Shown: piece by piece, positions 1-11,551 of the stretch
Numbering within the stretch: the stretch's first letter is position 1
Layout: the number at the start of each line of letters is the position of its first letter
Origin: Fonticula alba ATCC 38817
Lineage: Eukaryota; Protista; Nucleariida
Direction: 5' to 3' (one strand)
Assembly (NCBI GenBank): GCA_000388065.2
Contig: KB932201.1
DNA length: 60,738 bases
The notes under the pieces: model-generated
Databases searched by the model: none
Told to the model about the DNA's origin: nothing
What the model saw: only the letters and a program-made list of their open reading frames with translations
Program-made: the position numbers and the translations under genes

Positions 1-584
1 AGGGGTGTCCCTTGCCCCCGGCGCAGGCGCCGCGTCCCGGTGTCCCATCCGCTCCTCCTTCCCTGTGGTGTGGCAGCGGGAGGGAGGGGGGGACTCGGTG
101 CAGGGTGACGCGCGAATGAGGGCTCTCATTTGGCGAGCAATTTGTGGATGTCCGCAAATTTGTGCATGCTAATGAGGGGCTCAGCCGCGGTGGAGGGAGT
201 GGCGCTTGGGTTCGTACACTGGCGTGGTGCTTGCTAATATTGGATTCCCGATCGTCCCCTCGGGGCTCGATTGATCCATTGCCTCGACTGGGCTTGGGCG
301 CGGCACGTAGCAAGGCAGCAAGGAAACACGCATAGTAACCATGACCGCGCCGGTGGCCGGGGTTCCGCCCCTCTCTCGCCGCGCCGGGCTGGAGGATGCC
401 CCCGGGGTGGTGTGTGTGTGTGTGTGTGTACATGTGGGTGCGTCTTGGCGCATGCTCCCGACTGAGCGGTCACCCGGAGGTAGGGACGGCCGGGGGAAGG
501 GGCGGGGGGGGGGGGGGGGGGGGGGGAGGGGGGGGGGGGGGGGGGAGGGGGGAGGACACGATAACAACAACATCAAGACCAAGA

Positions 585-1106
585 NNNNNNNNNNNNNNNN
601 NNNNNNNNNNNNNNNNNNNNNNNNNNNNNNNNNNNNNNNNNNNNNNNNNNNNNNNNNNNNNNNNNNNNNNNNNNNNNNNNNNNNNNNNNNNNNNNNNNNN
701 NNNNNNNNNNNNNNNNNNNNNNNNNNNNNNNNNNNNNNNNNNNNNNNNNNNNNNNNNNNNNNNNNNNNNNNNNNNNNNNNNNNNNNNNNNNNNNNNNNNN
801 NNNNNNNNNNNNNNNNNNNNNNNNNNNNNNNNNNNNNNNNNNNNNNNNNNNNNNNNNNNNNNNNNNNNNNNNNNNNNNNNNNNNNNNNNNNNNNNNNNNN
901 NNNNNNNNNNNNNNNNNNNNNNNNNNNNNNNNNNNNNNNNNNNNNNNNNNNNNNNNNNNNNNNNNNNNNNNNNNNNNNNNNNNNNNNNNNNNNNNNNNNN
1001 NNNNNNNNNNNNNNNNNNNNNNNNNNNNNNNNNNNNNNNNNNNNNNNNNNNNNNNNNNNNNNNNNNNNNNNNNNNNNNNNNNNNNNNNNNNNNNNNNNNN
1101 NNNNNN
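585..1106. other. Assembly gap (N run) flanked by poly-G tracts
   Basis: Ns directly visible. Other gaps include 2667-3611, 8096-8185, 10175-10735, 11812-12111, 24502-24606, 26021-26030, 31146-31215, 36180-36319, 38234-38279 and 46523-46620. Confidence 0.99.
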
Positions 1107-1162
1107 GAGGCCGATGGCATGTGCATGGCCAGCGGGAGGGGGCATACGAGATTACAAGGGGG

Positions 1163-1198
<36 letters not shown>

Positions 1199-2666
1199 GC
1201 GGCAAGGTTGAGAGGGTGAGCCCTGCTATACGGCCACGGACGGGGCCAGGCCGGGAGGTCCGAGGCATGGACCCTCTCCCGCGGACGGGCCCCAGAGAGG
1301 GGATAGGCCGTTTGCCGGGCGCTTACGGCGAGCCCTGGGCCGGACGTCGCGAGTTTACGAGGCGCCCCGGCGGCCGGGGCCGAGCGTGCATGCGTCGCGC
1401 CCCCGGGGGCGGGCGGGCCCGACAGCGCGGCAGGCGCACGTCGACGGGCCCGGCGGAGCCCGGGGCCATGGGCGGCCGGCACGGTGGCGGGAGTCGCGAC
1501 CAAAAGAGGGCCGATGTTTCCCGGCTGCTCGCCAACCGCTGGACCACCGGGTGCGCGACGCCTGGTGAGGCTGTAAACAGACTGCAACGCCCGGGCCGGT
1601 CCCCCCCCCCTCCCCCCGACGCCGGCGGTTTCCCGTGCCGGCCGGTATGCACTGGCACTCGGGCGCCCGGAGAGTTGGTGTCCGTCGCCCCGGGGAGCCG
1701 TCCGGCCCCTCTCGCCGTTCTGTTCCGGGGCGGGGGTCGGCGGTCGGCGGGCAGGGGCCGGGGGTCGGGAGGCCTTTCCCGCCTGGCGGAGTCTCGACAG
1801 AGGGGCGAGGGGAGCGAGGGGGCGGAATTTCGCCCCGTATCGGCGTGCCGAAGGTGAGGTTGCCTTCCGGGGAAGTTGGAATCGCGCGCGGGCGAGAGGG
1901 CGCGGCCAGCCGCAACTGGCCCCCCCCCCCGTGTGGGGCCGGCTACCGGAAGACGCCGGCCGCAGGTCAAATGCGGGCCGCCGCGCATGGGGGGGGGGCG
2001 GCTCACAGCGTGAGGTACACCGTGCAAGAATGGTTTCTCCGTGCCCGCGGCCCACCACTTGGTGAGGCTTCCCTTGGCCGTGGTTGCTCCCCGGCCGGCG
2101 GCGGGGAGGGTGGGGGCGAGAACTTGTCTCCCCCCCCCACCCGGCAGATCGAGCTCCCAAACAAAGGAATCCAGCCCCCGCAATATCTCATTTACGCCAG
2201 AAAACGACCCCCCCCCCTCCCCCGCCCGGCCCCCGGCCCCCCCCCCCCAGGAGAGGGACACCCACTCCGGCAGGTTCCGCCGGGGCACGCGCAGGCTTGC
2301 GCTCGCCGCGGCCGGCGGCCGCGGCAGGGACTGGCAGTTCCCCTTTCGCCGGGACCTGCAGCCCGACATCCCCCGGGGGCCACATTCCGCCGGGCCACCC
2401 TCGGGAGGCCTCGCATGACAACGGTCCGCATCGGCCGATGTCGCTTGTCTCTGGTGCGCTGGTAACAGGGAGCGTCACGTGCGGAGGCGCAATGCTATTT
2501 CCTCGAGACAGGAGCTGGGGCATTCTGGTACATCGGACTCGCGGGCCCTCGTCAGCTCGTAAACTGGCATCGCTTGGCGGCGGAGCTGGGGCCCATTGCC
2601 AGCGGCCCTGTTCGGCCGAACGCGCAGGAGGCCCCCGCGGTGGTTGCGCGCCGCTCCTCTTGGATG

Positions 2667-3611
2667 NNNNNNNNNNNNNNNNNNNNNNNNNNNNNNNNNN
2701 NNNNNNNNNNNNNNNNNNNNNNNNNNNNNNNNNNNNNNNNNNNNNNNNNNNNNNNNNNNNNNNNNNNNNNNNNNNNNNNNNNNNNNNNNNNNNNNNNNNN
2801 NNNNNNNNNNNNNNNNNNNNNNNNNNNNNNNNNNNNNNNNNNNNNNNNNNNNNNNNNNNNNNNNNNNNNNNNNNNNNNNNNNNNNNNNNNNNNNNNNNNN
2901 NNNNNNNNNNNNNNNNNNNNNNNNNNNNNNNNNNNNNNNNNNNNNNNNNNNNNNNNNNNNNNNNNNNNNNNNNNNNNNNNNNNNNNNNNNNNNNNNNNNN
3001 NNNNNNNNNNNNNNNNNNNNNNNNNNNNNNNNNNNNNNNNNNNNNNNNNNNNNNNNNNNNNNNNNNNNNNNNNNNNNNNNNNNNNNNNNNNNNNNNNNNN
3101 NNNNNNNNNNNNNNNNNNNNNNNNNNNNNNNNNNNNNNNNNNNNNNNNNNNNNNNNNNNNNNNNNNNNNNNNNNNNNNNNNNNNNNNNNNNNNNNNNNNN
3201 NNNNNNNNNNNNNNNNNNNNNNNNNNNNNNNNNNNNNNNNNNNNNNNNNNNNNNNNNNNNNNNNNNNNNNNNNNNNNNNNNNNNNNNNNNNNNNNNNNNN
3301 NNNNNNNNNNNNNNNNNNNNNNNNNNNNNNNNNNNNNNNNNNNNNNNNNNNNNNNNNNNNNNNNNNNNNNNNNNNNNNNNNNNNNNNNNNNNNNNNNNNN
3401 NNNNNNNNNNNNNNNNNNNNNNNNNNNNNNNNNNNNNNNNNNNNNNNNNNNNNNNNNNNNNNNNNNNNNNNNNNNNNNNNNNNNNNNNNNNNNNNNNNNN
3501 NNNNNNNNNNNNNNNNNNNNNNNNNNNNNNNNNNNNNNNNNNNNNNNNNNNNNNNNNNNNNNNNNNNNNNNNNNNNNNNNNNNNNNNNNNNNNNNNNNNN
3601 NNNNNNNNNNN
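2667..3611. other. Assembly gap (945 N); may hide coding exons
   Basis: Ns directly visible. An open + frame runs into the gap from about 2471. Confidence 0.99.
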
Positions 3612-3807
3612 CTTCCCGTCTCCTTCTCTCGCCTCCCCCCCCCCCCGCAGTCCATCGGCAGGGCTCCACACATCCCCGAGCCATTTACCAACCGAATAGG
3701 CCTGTTTGCATGTTGAATGCAGGCGCAGATGTCGGCTCTGCTGAGCGTGTGGGTGTGTGGGCGTCTGAGCCCGCAGATGGGCGTGTCTGTTTCGGGGCCC
3801 CGACGAA

Positions 3808-3818
3808 TGCGCGCGCGC

Positions 3819-3849
<31 letters not shown>

Positions 3850-3870
3850 TGTGTCTGTGTGTGTGTGTGT
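3808..3870. repeat. (CG)n-(TG)n alternating purine-pyrimidine microsatellite, representative of many in the window
   Basis: Similar compound tracts near 9460-9500, 31640-31680, 33177-33262, 41138-41213, 47810-47830 and 56327-56365. Confidence 0.9.
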
Positions 3871-4154
3871 GCTCATGTATCCTCCACAAGGACTCACGCG
3901 CAAGCACACGCGCAAGCACACCCGACCTTCCCGGAGAAAAAAAGACCTACCCAGGCGCGAGGTCCCCTCTGCGAAGGGGATCTCTTCACCGGGTTTCTGG
4001 CAAGCCCTTTTTTCCCGTTTCCTTACCGCCAAGTGAGTGCCACCTCGCATCCCTTCCGCCTCCGCTCCCCACTCCTCCCCCCCCCCTCCCCACTCCTCCC
4101 CCCGCCCAATGGCACCGTCCCTGACCCGCCATCACCCCTCCTGAAGCCTATAGT

Positions 4155-5195
4155 ATGTCCCCTGTGCCTTGTCCACTGGATCCGGCCGGCGGGCTCGTCA
4201 GCGGCCCGTCGCCGGCGGCGCCTGCTTCACCTCCCTCCTCGGCCGACTTCCTCTCCGAGTCGGATCTCAGTTCCTCCATGACAGATCTCCCGCCGCTGGT
4301 TGAGGCCAGCTCCTCCTCCTGCTCGGATGATGATGATGATGATGACATCCCTGCGCCGGACCTGCTGCTGGCGCCGGTTGTCAGCCACAGCATTGGCGTG
4401 GACCTGCCAATCATCTCCGAGCGCCAGGCCCGGCTTGATAGCCTGTTGGCCCATAGGCCGACAGTCGACGACCTGGTCCGGCGGAACCTCCTGACTCGCG
4501 GTGCGCACCACCTTCCCTTGCCCCTCCTTCGTGTACCTGTGCCTCGCCGCCGCCTTCCGCTTTCTCTCTGCCCTTTCGCTTGCATGTTCGCCTGGCCATG
4601 GGCTAGCGCGCTGCCCGTCCCCTCTCCTCTGCCTCTCTGACACCACCAGGGCCCCGTTCCCCCCTGCCCCCCCCCCTCTCTCTCTCTCTCCCTCTCTCCC
4701 TCTCTCGATGACTGCCTCCCTCTTCTCCCGGAATGCAGCGGCCACCGATGTTGCGCCGGCCGTGCGAGCTACTCTCTCCGCGCTGGAGCGCTCCCAAACC
4801 GAGCGCGCGCTGATGTGGGCACTGGAGCACCGGCTCCCCCGGTCGCGCCTCGTCGAGCTGAACATGCTCAACGGTGCGTCCCTCTCTCCGGATCGATCTC
4901 TTTGTTGGTCACATGGAGGGGAATCCCCCGCTGGTCATTTCGCATGCTGACTCTTCCTCTGTTTGCTGCCCCTCCCCCCCCCCCCCCCCCCGGATACAGA
5001 TATCGACGCCGATCCACAGGCACCCTCGCGCCGAGGAAGCATCCCCAGCAGCAGCCGGCCCACCTGTCCGAAGAAGCTGGCCGAGCTGGCCGGTCAGAGG
5101 GACATCCTGAATTCCCTCGACAGGAAGCTGCGTCTGCGCCCCTCGCGTGACATGCTTATCGAGCATAACTACCTGAAGGGTGCGTGCTCTGTCCG

Positions 5196-5239
<44 letters not shown>

Positions 5240-8200
5240 CCCCCTCCCTCTCCCTCCCTTTCCTGCGTCCTGGCTGGGCACACTGCTCCGGCTGGCAGGA
5301 CTAACCCACCGAGTGTATCATGTCCCTCCTTGCCGATGTCCCCCCACCTCCCATCCCCCCATCCCCCCATCGCGTCCAGTCGGCCAGCCGGAGATGATTC
5401 TGGCCCGTGAAAAGCTCCAGCGGCAGCTGACCGTGCGCAGCCTGAGTGCCTCGCTGCAAACGCGCCACGAGCCACCCTCGCGGATCCTGACACCGACTGA
5501 GTCCGAAACTTCGCTCTCGGCCTTCGATTCCGTCCGTGCTCCTGGCCATTCTTTCTCCTTTCTTCTTGCCTGCATTCCTTCTTGGGATCCCCCTTTTCCT
5601 GACCCCATGTCCCCATACGCTTGGACACCCCCCCCCCCCCCTCCCTCCGGTCTCCGGCGTAAATGCACGCCAACGCCCTTTTCACAGACCACCTGCGAGG
5701 ATGGCGCCGGCACGGAAATCCCCCCCGCCGGCCTGACTGAAGCCAGCTCCGTGAACACTGACGGCTCGCTGGCCCCCTCTTCCCAGCATTTGACCCCCCT
5801 GCGGCCATTCAGCCTGCCGGCCACGGCCACGCGCTCCGGCCTGGCTCGACGCATCCGCGAAACACAGCGCATCCTGGCGGCACAGCATGCCGAGGTGGCC
5901 CCCGGTGCCGGGTCCGCCAGCCGGGGCATCATCCCCTGGCCCCAGCCCGGGACTACTCCCCCCTCGGCGGCAGTGGCCTATGCCATTGCCAACTCCCACA
6001 ACTACGCCAATGCCCATCACATGGTGGTCGGCAATCCGGCGGCCGAGCGCAAGCTCAATCACCTGCGCACCCTGCGCAAGGAGGGCCGCTTCGTGTGCAG
6101 CCATTGTGGCGGCGAGGACCATCGTGGCCGGGATCTCGCCTCCCCGCGGTACTCCTACACGGAGTTCTTCAGTGAGAGCGAGTGGGTTCCGATCCCGGGG
6201 CAGCCTGGTGACGACCCGGCCGATGCCTTCTTCCACCATCACCACCATGGTGGGCGGCATTCCTTCCCCGGTGCCGGGGTCGAGCCGGCCTCCGAGTATG
6301 CCACCCCGCTGCGGCGGCCCTTCCACCACCCGGAAGCGCGTGCGCGGCAGCTTTGCAACCCCTGCTTTGGGGTTTGCGTTTGCGGGCAGGCGGCTCCACG
6401 GGCATTTGCCAATCTGCCGGCCGTCGTGGAGGTTTCCAGTGGGCTGGCCACTCCGGGCACCGCTGTCGAGGGGGTAATTGGCGTGCCCCCGGCCGAGGCG
6501 GACACCCTGGGTTGCGACAATTGCGGGTCCCTGGCCCCGCGGTGCGGTCCGGCCAGTGTGGCCTGGTGGCCGGCCCCCTCGCATCCGCAGCCCCGGTCAC
6601 ATATGGACATCGAACGCCGGCGTAATGAGCAGCTGGACTATGCGGCACAGTGTGACGCGGAATTCCGCCGTCTGCAGGCGGCTGGCCAGTTGCCGGCCGT
6701 GGTGGACGGGCGTCCCCGTACCGGGCGCCGTGTGCGCTTCCTCGGGATTGATGTCGACCCGGCTGGGCCCCATCCTGGCTCGGCATCGGCCTTGTCTTCC
6801 GGTGCTCTGAGTGATGGCTCGGAGGCTGGCGATGAGGGGGATGCTGGATCCGGCGAGGAGGTGGATGTGGTGTCGGTTCGGCCGGTCGGCGCCGGGCGGC
6901 CGCTCTTCAGCACGGCCACCGCCTTCGCGGCCTTCAGCCCGTATGCCGCCGGAGCCGGGACCCTCGACGAGGAGGGCCCGCATTCGGATCCGCGGGCCAT
7001 CAGCGGAGTGCGCTACTTTGCGCGGTATCGCTTCCGGAATTGCTTCAATGACGATTGCTACCTGCTGGATTCCCGCATGTACGACGACATCGAGGGCGAG
7101 GAGGCATTCGAGAGTGCCCTGCTCGAGGCGGACAAGGCCGCATCGGACTTCCGAGTTCGTCGACGCGAGGAGATGGCGGCTGCCGGCGGCCGGCGCTCTG
7201 TCTCGCTGCCGGAGGAGGACGACTCATCCATGCACTGTGCCTCTGACAGTGACACCGACGCCGATGACACGTACTACTATCACCACCAGATCAGCCAGCG
7301 TCTTTTGGCGGCGGCCGAGTGCTGGCCCCAGGCCGGGGCCAGTGTCTCGGAGGAGGAGGAGGAGGCCGAGCCGGCGGAGGAGGATGACGAGGCGGCTGCC
7401 GGGCACCATGGCGATGCCCAGCCCCAGCAGCCGGCCACAGCCAGTGTGTCGCCCACTGAGGCGGTGGCCAGCCTGGCGGATGGCGATGTCCCTCCCATGT
7501 CGCCGACGGTGGGGGATGATGATCTCCCGCCGCTGGTGCTGGTCGAGTACTCCGACGAGGACACCACCGACTTTGATGTCGAGGCCCGGGCCAGCTCCGG
7601 TGCCGATGGTGGCAAACAGCAGGCTGTCGATGATACCGATGGCGATGCTGATGACGACGGCGATGACGACGACCACGACGACCACGACGACGACGATGAT
7701 GATGATGATGACAGTGAGCAGTATCTCACCTGCAGCGTCGGGCATGATGACCTGAATGCCGCCGACTCGGGCTCGGCCGGTGGCTACTTCCCGCCGGACA
7801 ACGAATGCGAGTTCTTCCCCGTGGAGAATCCCGCCCTGCGGGCCTCCATCCCGGGGGTCGGGGTTTTCCTGGAGTCGGAAATGCCGCCGAGCCCCATCGT
7901 TGACCCGGCCACGCAGCAGGTTTCCTTCTCGGAGGACATCATGCTTAGCATCCCGGTGGTGCACTATTACCGGGGGTTCCACTTCCTGGAGCCGGATCAT
8001 GACGGGAATGTCTTTGCCATTGCGCTGGATGGTACGCACGTGTGGCCGATTTTGTGGCCTCACTCTTGGCCATGTGCCGTCTCCCCCCCCCCCCCNNNNN
8101 NNNNNNNNNNNNNNNNNNNNNNNNNNNNNNNNNNNNNNNNNNNNNNNNNNNNNNNNNNNNNNNNNNNNNNNNNNNNNNNNNNNNNCCCCCCCCTTGCCCC

Positions 8201-8360
8201 CTGCCAACAACCAGCCACTCGTCGGAATGGTGACCACCTGCTGAACTCGACGCGCGTGTACTTGCATGACCCGCGTAAGGCGCTGTTCTACTTTGCCGAT
8301 CGGGGAGCAGGCAAGGTCTTCTGCTATGATCCGCGCTCGGGGCTGACCATCTCCATCTAA
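4155..8360 (+). CDS. RPEL-repeat (G-actin-binding) protein with long acidic, Cys/His-containing C-terminal region; 6 exons
   Basis: Phase-consistent GT-AG exons: 4155-4500, 4739-4873, 5000-5179, 5380-5531, 5688-8031, 8215-8360. RPEL motifs RLDSLLAHRPTVDDLVRRNLL and SLDRKLRLRPSRDMLIEHNYL, plus two degenerate copies (ALMWALEHRLPRSRLVELNML; SLSASLQTRH). Confidence 0.85.
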
Positions 8361-8906
8361 ATGAGGATGACCCTGCCCGGCCTTTGTGCCATGTCTCCCC
8401 ACATCCCCTCCCCTTCCTTCACCTCCTGGGGCCGTTCCTTGCACACACTCTTGGCCCCTCGCCCCCCTCCTCCTCTCCTCCCTCCCCCCCCCTCATCTTG
8501 GCGAGAGGGGTTCTAGATTCCCCCCTCTCTCCGTCCCTTGTAGTTTATGATCATGTCGCGTCTTCCCTTTTCTCCTTCACTCCGCGTCCGCCTCCTCCCT
8601 CCTCCCCCCCCTCCTCCTAGACTGCGCACGCTAGGTGCGCCAGTCAGCCACCCCTGTGTGCACGGTGTAGCCCTCTCGGCCTGCGCCGTCTCCCCTCCTT
8701 GCCTCTTGTTCCAAACGTGGCGTCCCCTCTTTTTTTTTTGTAATCCCCTGTCACCATGTATATACACCCCTTTCAAGCCATCACCTGCTGTTCCTTCGAT
8801 CGATTGCGTCGATCTCCTGCTTCCCCCACGCTTTCTGAATGGCACAATGCGCGCTTCTATTTGACAAGTGAGGAGGAGAAATGTAAGTGAGCTACCACCA
8901 TTACGA

Positions 8907-9455
8907 CTACTGCTGCTGCTGCTGCTGCTGCTGTTGCTGCACGGCGGCCCGCTTCAGCGCCGGAGCGGGCATCCCCTTTAGACGAATGAACATGCCACTG
9001 CCGGTGGAGTGGACGTCCGGCCCGTCAAGGTCCAGCTCGGGAATCGGGGCTCCGGCCAGAGGAATCGCACATAGCGCGCCCTCTACGTGGACCTTGCGTC
9101 CAGCGACCGAGGTGACGCGCGCCCAGAAGGCATATTCGCCACCCTGCAGGTCCGGGGCGCCGGGCATTTCCGCGCCCCCGGCCTCGTTAAAGTGCTCTTG
9201 AAGGTCCAGGAAGCCCGGAACAAACTTCTTGTAGTGTACATTCAAGCTGGCCGTGGCCACGGGGTAGCCGCTGAACCAGACTGTGTTACCGAGAACCGTG
9301 TCCAGCAGTGTGGCGACCGCCCCGCCATGGATGCAGCTTGGGGGGCCCTCTAGTTGGGGGAAACGCAGGAACCATGGCCCCGGACGCCAAGTGGAGCAGA
9401 GAGGGCCGTCAGAAAAAGAAGAGGGGGAAAATGCGCAAGGTGGCATGTCAAAGTG

Positions 9456-9495
<40 letters not shown>

Positions 9496-10149
9496 CGCGC
9501 ACGCACCGCATGTCTCGCCAAACTTGACCAGGCCGCGAAGGACACCGCCACCCAGGAGCGGGGGCGAGGTCTCGAATAGTTCGGCATCCGGGCCGGTCAC
9601 CGGCTGAACGTCAAGCTCGGCCGGAGCAAAGGCCATACGCAAGAGCATGCCACCGGAGCGGCCCTCACCAGTGCGCCAGGGGCCGCGCAGGTAGTTCCGA
9701 GAGGGGGTCTGGTACGCGCCCTTGTCTCCGCGACTGACCAGGCGGAAGTCCAGCGGCACGCGCAGCCACCCGGCCGGGCTATCGGGGGGCGGATGCCCTG
9801 CGCGCGCGCTGTCGGCCTCGATCAACGCCCGCAAGGATGCCTGCCCAGTCGACGAGAGGGCCGGCGGGGGGGAAGCCACCAAGCGCTCGAAGAAGTCCAC
9901 CGCCGGAGGGGACCACGGGAAATCGATCCCCTCGGGGGCGGGGGCCAGCGAGTTGGCGCGCATCAACTCGGGCAGAGTGATGCGCTCGACATTCGGCACA
10001 GCAGCTGGCGATGAGAACTCCCGCACCGGGTGGGAGACCGGCAAGGAGGCAGCAGCACGAGCGGCGGTCAGCACCGACCCAGCGCGGAGGCCCAGCACCG
10101 GGCTCACATGTGCCGCCAGCGCCCGACCGAGCGAAGGAAGTCGGCTCAT
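8907..10149 (-). CDS. THEM4/THEM5-like hotdog-fold acyl-CoA thioesterase, probably mitochondrial
   Basis: Exons 10149-9507 and 9349-8907 join to give VKFGETCEGPPSCIHGGAVATLLDTVLG...VATASLNVHYKK, the hotdog thioesterase motif. The Arg/Ala/Ser-rich N-terminus resembles a mitochondrial presequence. The start lies next to a gap, so it is less certain. Confidence 0.85.
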
Positions 10150-11551
10150 GATGGGGGGGGGGGGGATTTGGGGANNNNNNNNNNNNNNNNNNNNNNNNNN
10201 NNNNNNNNNNNNNNNNNNNNNNNNNNNNNNNNNNNNNNNNNNNNNNNNNNNNNNNNNNNNNNNNNNNNNNNNNNNNNNNNNNNNNNNNNNNNNNNNNNNN
10301 NNNNNNNNNNNNNNNNNNNNNNNNNNNNNNNNNNNNNNNNNNNNNNNNNNNNNNNNNNNNNNNNNNNNNNNNNNNNNNNNNNNNNNNNNNNNNNNNNNNN
10401 NNNNNNNNNNNNNNNNNNNNNNNNNNNNNNNNNNNNNNNNNNNNNNNNNNNNNNNNNNNNNNNNNNNNNNNNNNNNNNNNNNNNNNNNNNNNNNNNNNNN
10501 NNNNNNNNNNNNNNNNNNNNNNNNNNNNNNNNNNNNNNNNNNNNNNNNNNNNNNNNNNNNNNNNNNNNNNNNNNNNNNNNNNNNNNNNNNNNNNNNNNNN
10601 NNNNNNNNNNNNNNNNNNNNNNNNNNNNNNNNNNNNNNNNNNNNNNNNNNNNNNNNNNNNNNNNNNNNNNNNNNNNNNNNNNNNNNNNNNNNNNNNNNNN
10701 NNNNNNNNNNNNNNNNNNNNNNNNNNNNNNNNNNCCATGTGGGGGTGCGATCGCACGTGAAAATCCGCCGGGACCCGGGTCCTGACACCTCCCCCGAAGG
10801 TGAGGGTGTTTTTTTTTTTTTACCTCGCGCGTGAGCACGATCCCTGGGCGGCTGCCTCGGGCCGCTCCCTCGGCCTGGTGGAATCTGCCCTGGGCTGCCG
10901 GACTTCCGTCTCTTGGGGGCTGAACACTTCTTCATGTTGGTGGGCATTGTCCTCCGCCCTGGCCCCTCCCCCATTCCTCCTCTCCCCCCACCCCCTCCCC
11001 TCCGCCACTCCTCCTCGCTGTGCCTCCTCTTCCGTCTGCTGCTTTTCGTGCTCCACTGTCCGGGATTCCCTCCTGTCGACTCGCCTAGCTCGGCTGTCCC
11101 GCGCTCTTAAGTATCCCTCCCCTGCCCGGGACCCTCTTTCCGCACGCCCATCCTCCGAAATCCGAACACGGTACATATTGGCGGCGAGGACAAGGTTGTA
11201 TGAAGGGGGTAGAAGAGGAGGCAGGGCTGGCACAGCGCATAAAGTCAGGCGTGCCGAGACCCAGAGCAATGCAAGTGCAAGATGGGGCCAGGAGGAAGGG
11301 TTGTGCCGATCTCGGAGATGCAAGAATGTCGACGGCAGAGGCGCCCCACATAGGGTCCCCGCCCCCCCCCTCCCTCCCCCTCGAACACCCTGTGCGCTCC
11401 TCCGGGAAGGGGAGGGCGGGGCACAGGGACGGGGAAGGAGAGTGGGGCATCTTTCACATGATCTGGCGGTTGGAGAAAAAACGAGAGGAGGGGGAGGGCG
11501 GAGAGGGACGGCGAGAAGGGACGGGGCGAAACACCCGGCGGCGGGTGGGAA

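Noticed and set aside
181-4036. Long ORFs 181..2160(-), 2084..4036(+), 2188..3684(-) and similar
   Set aside because: Their length comes from reading through N gaps and G/C homopolymers; the translations are Pro/Gly/Arg shadow sequence.
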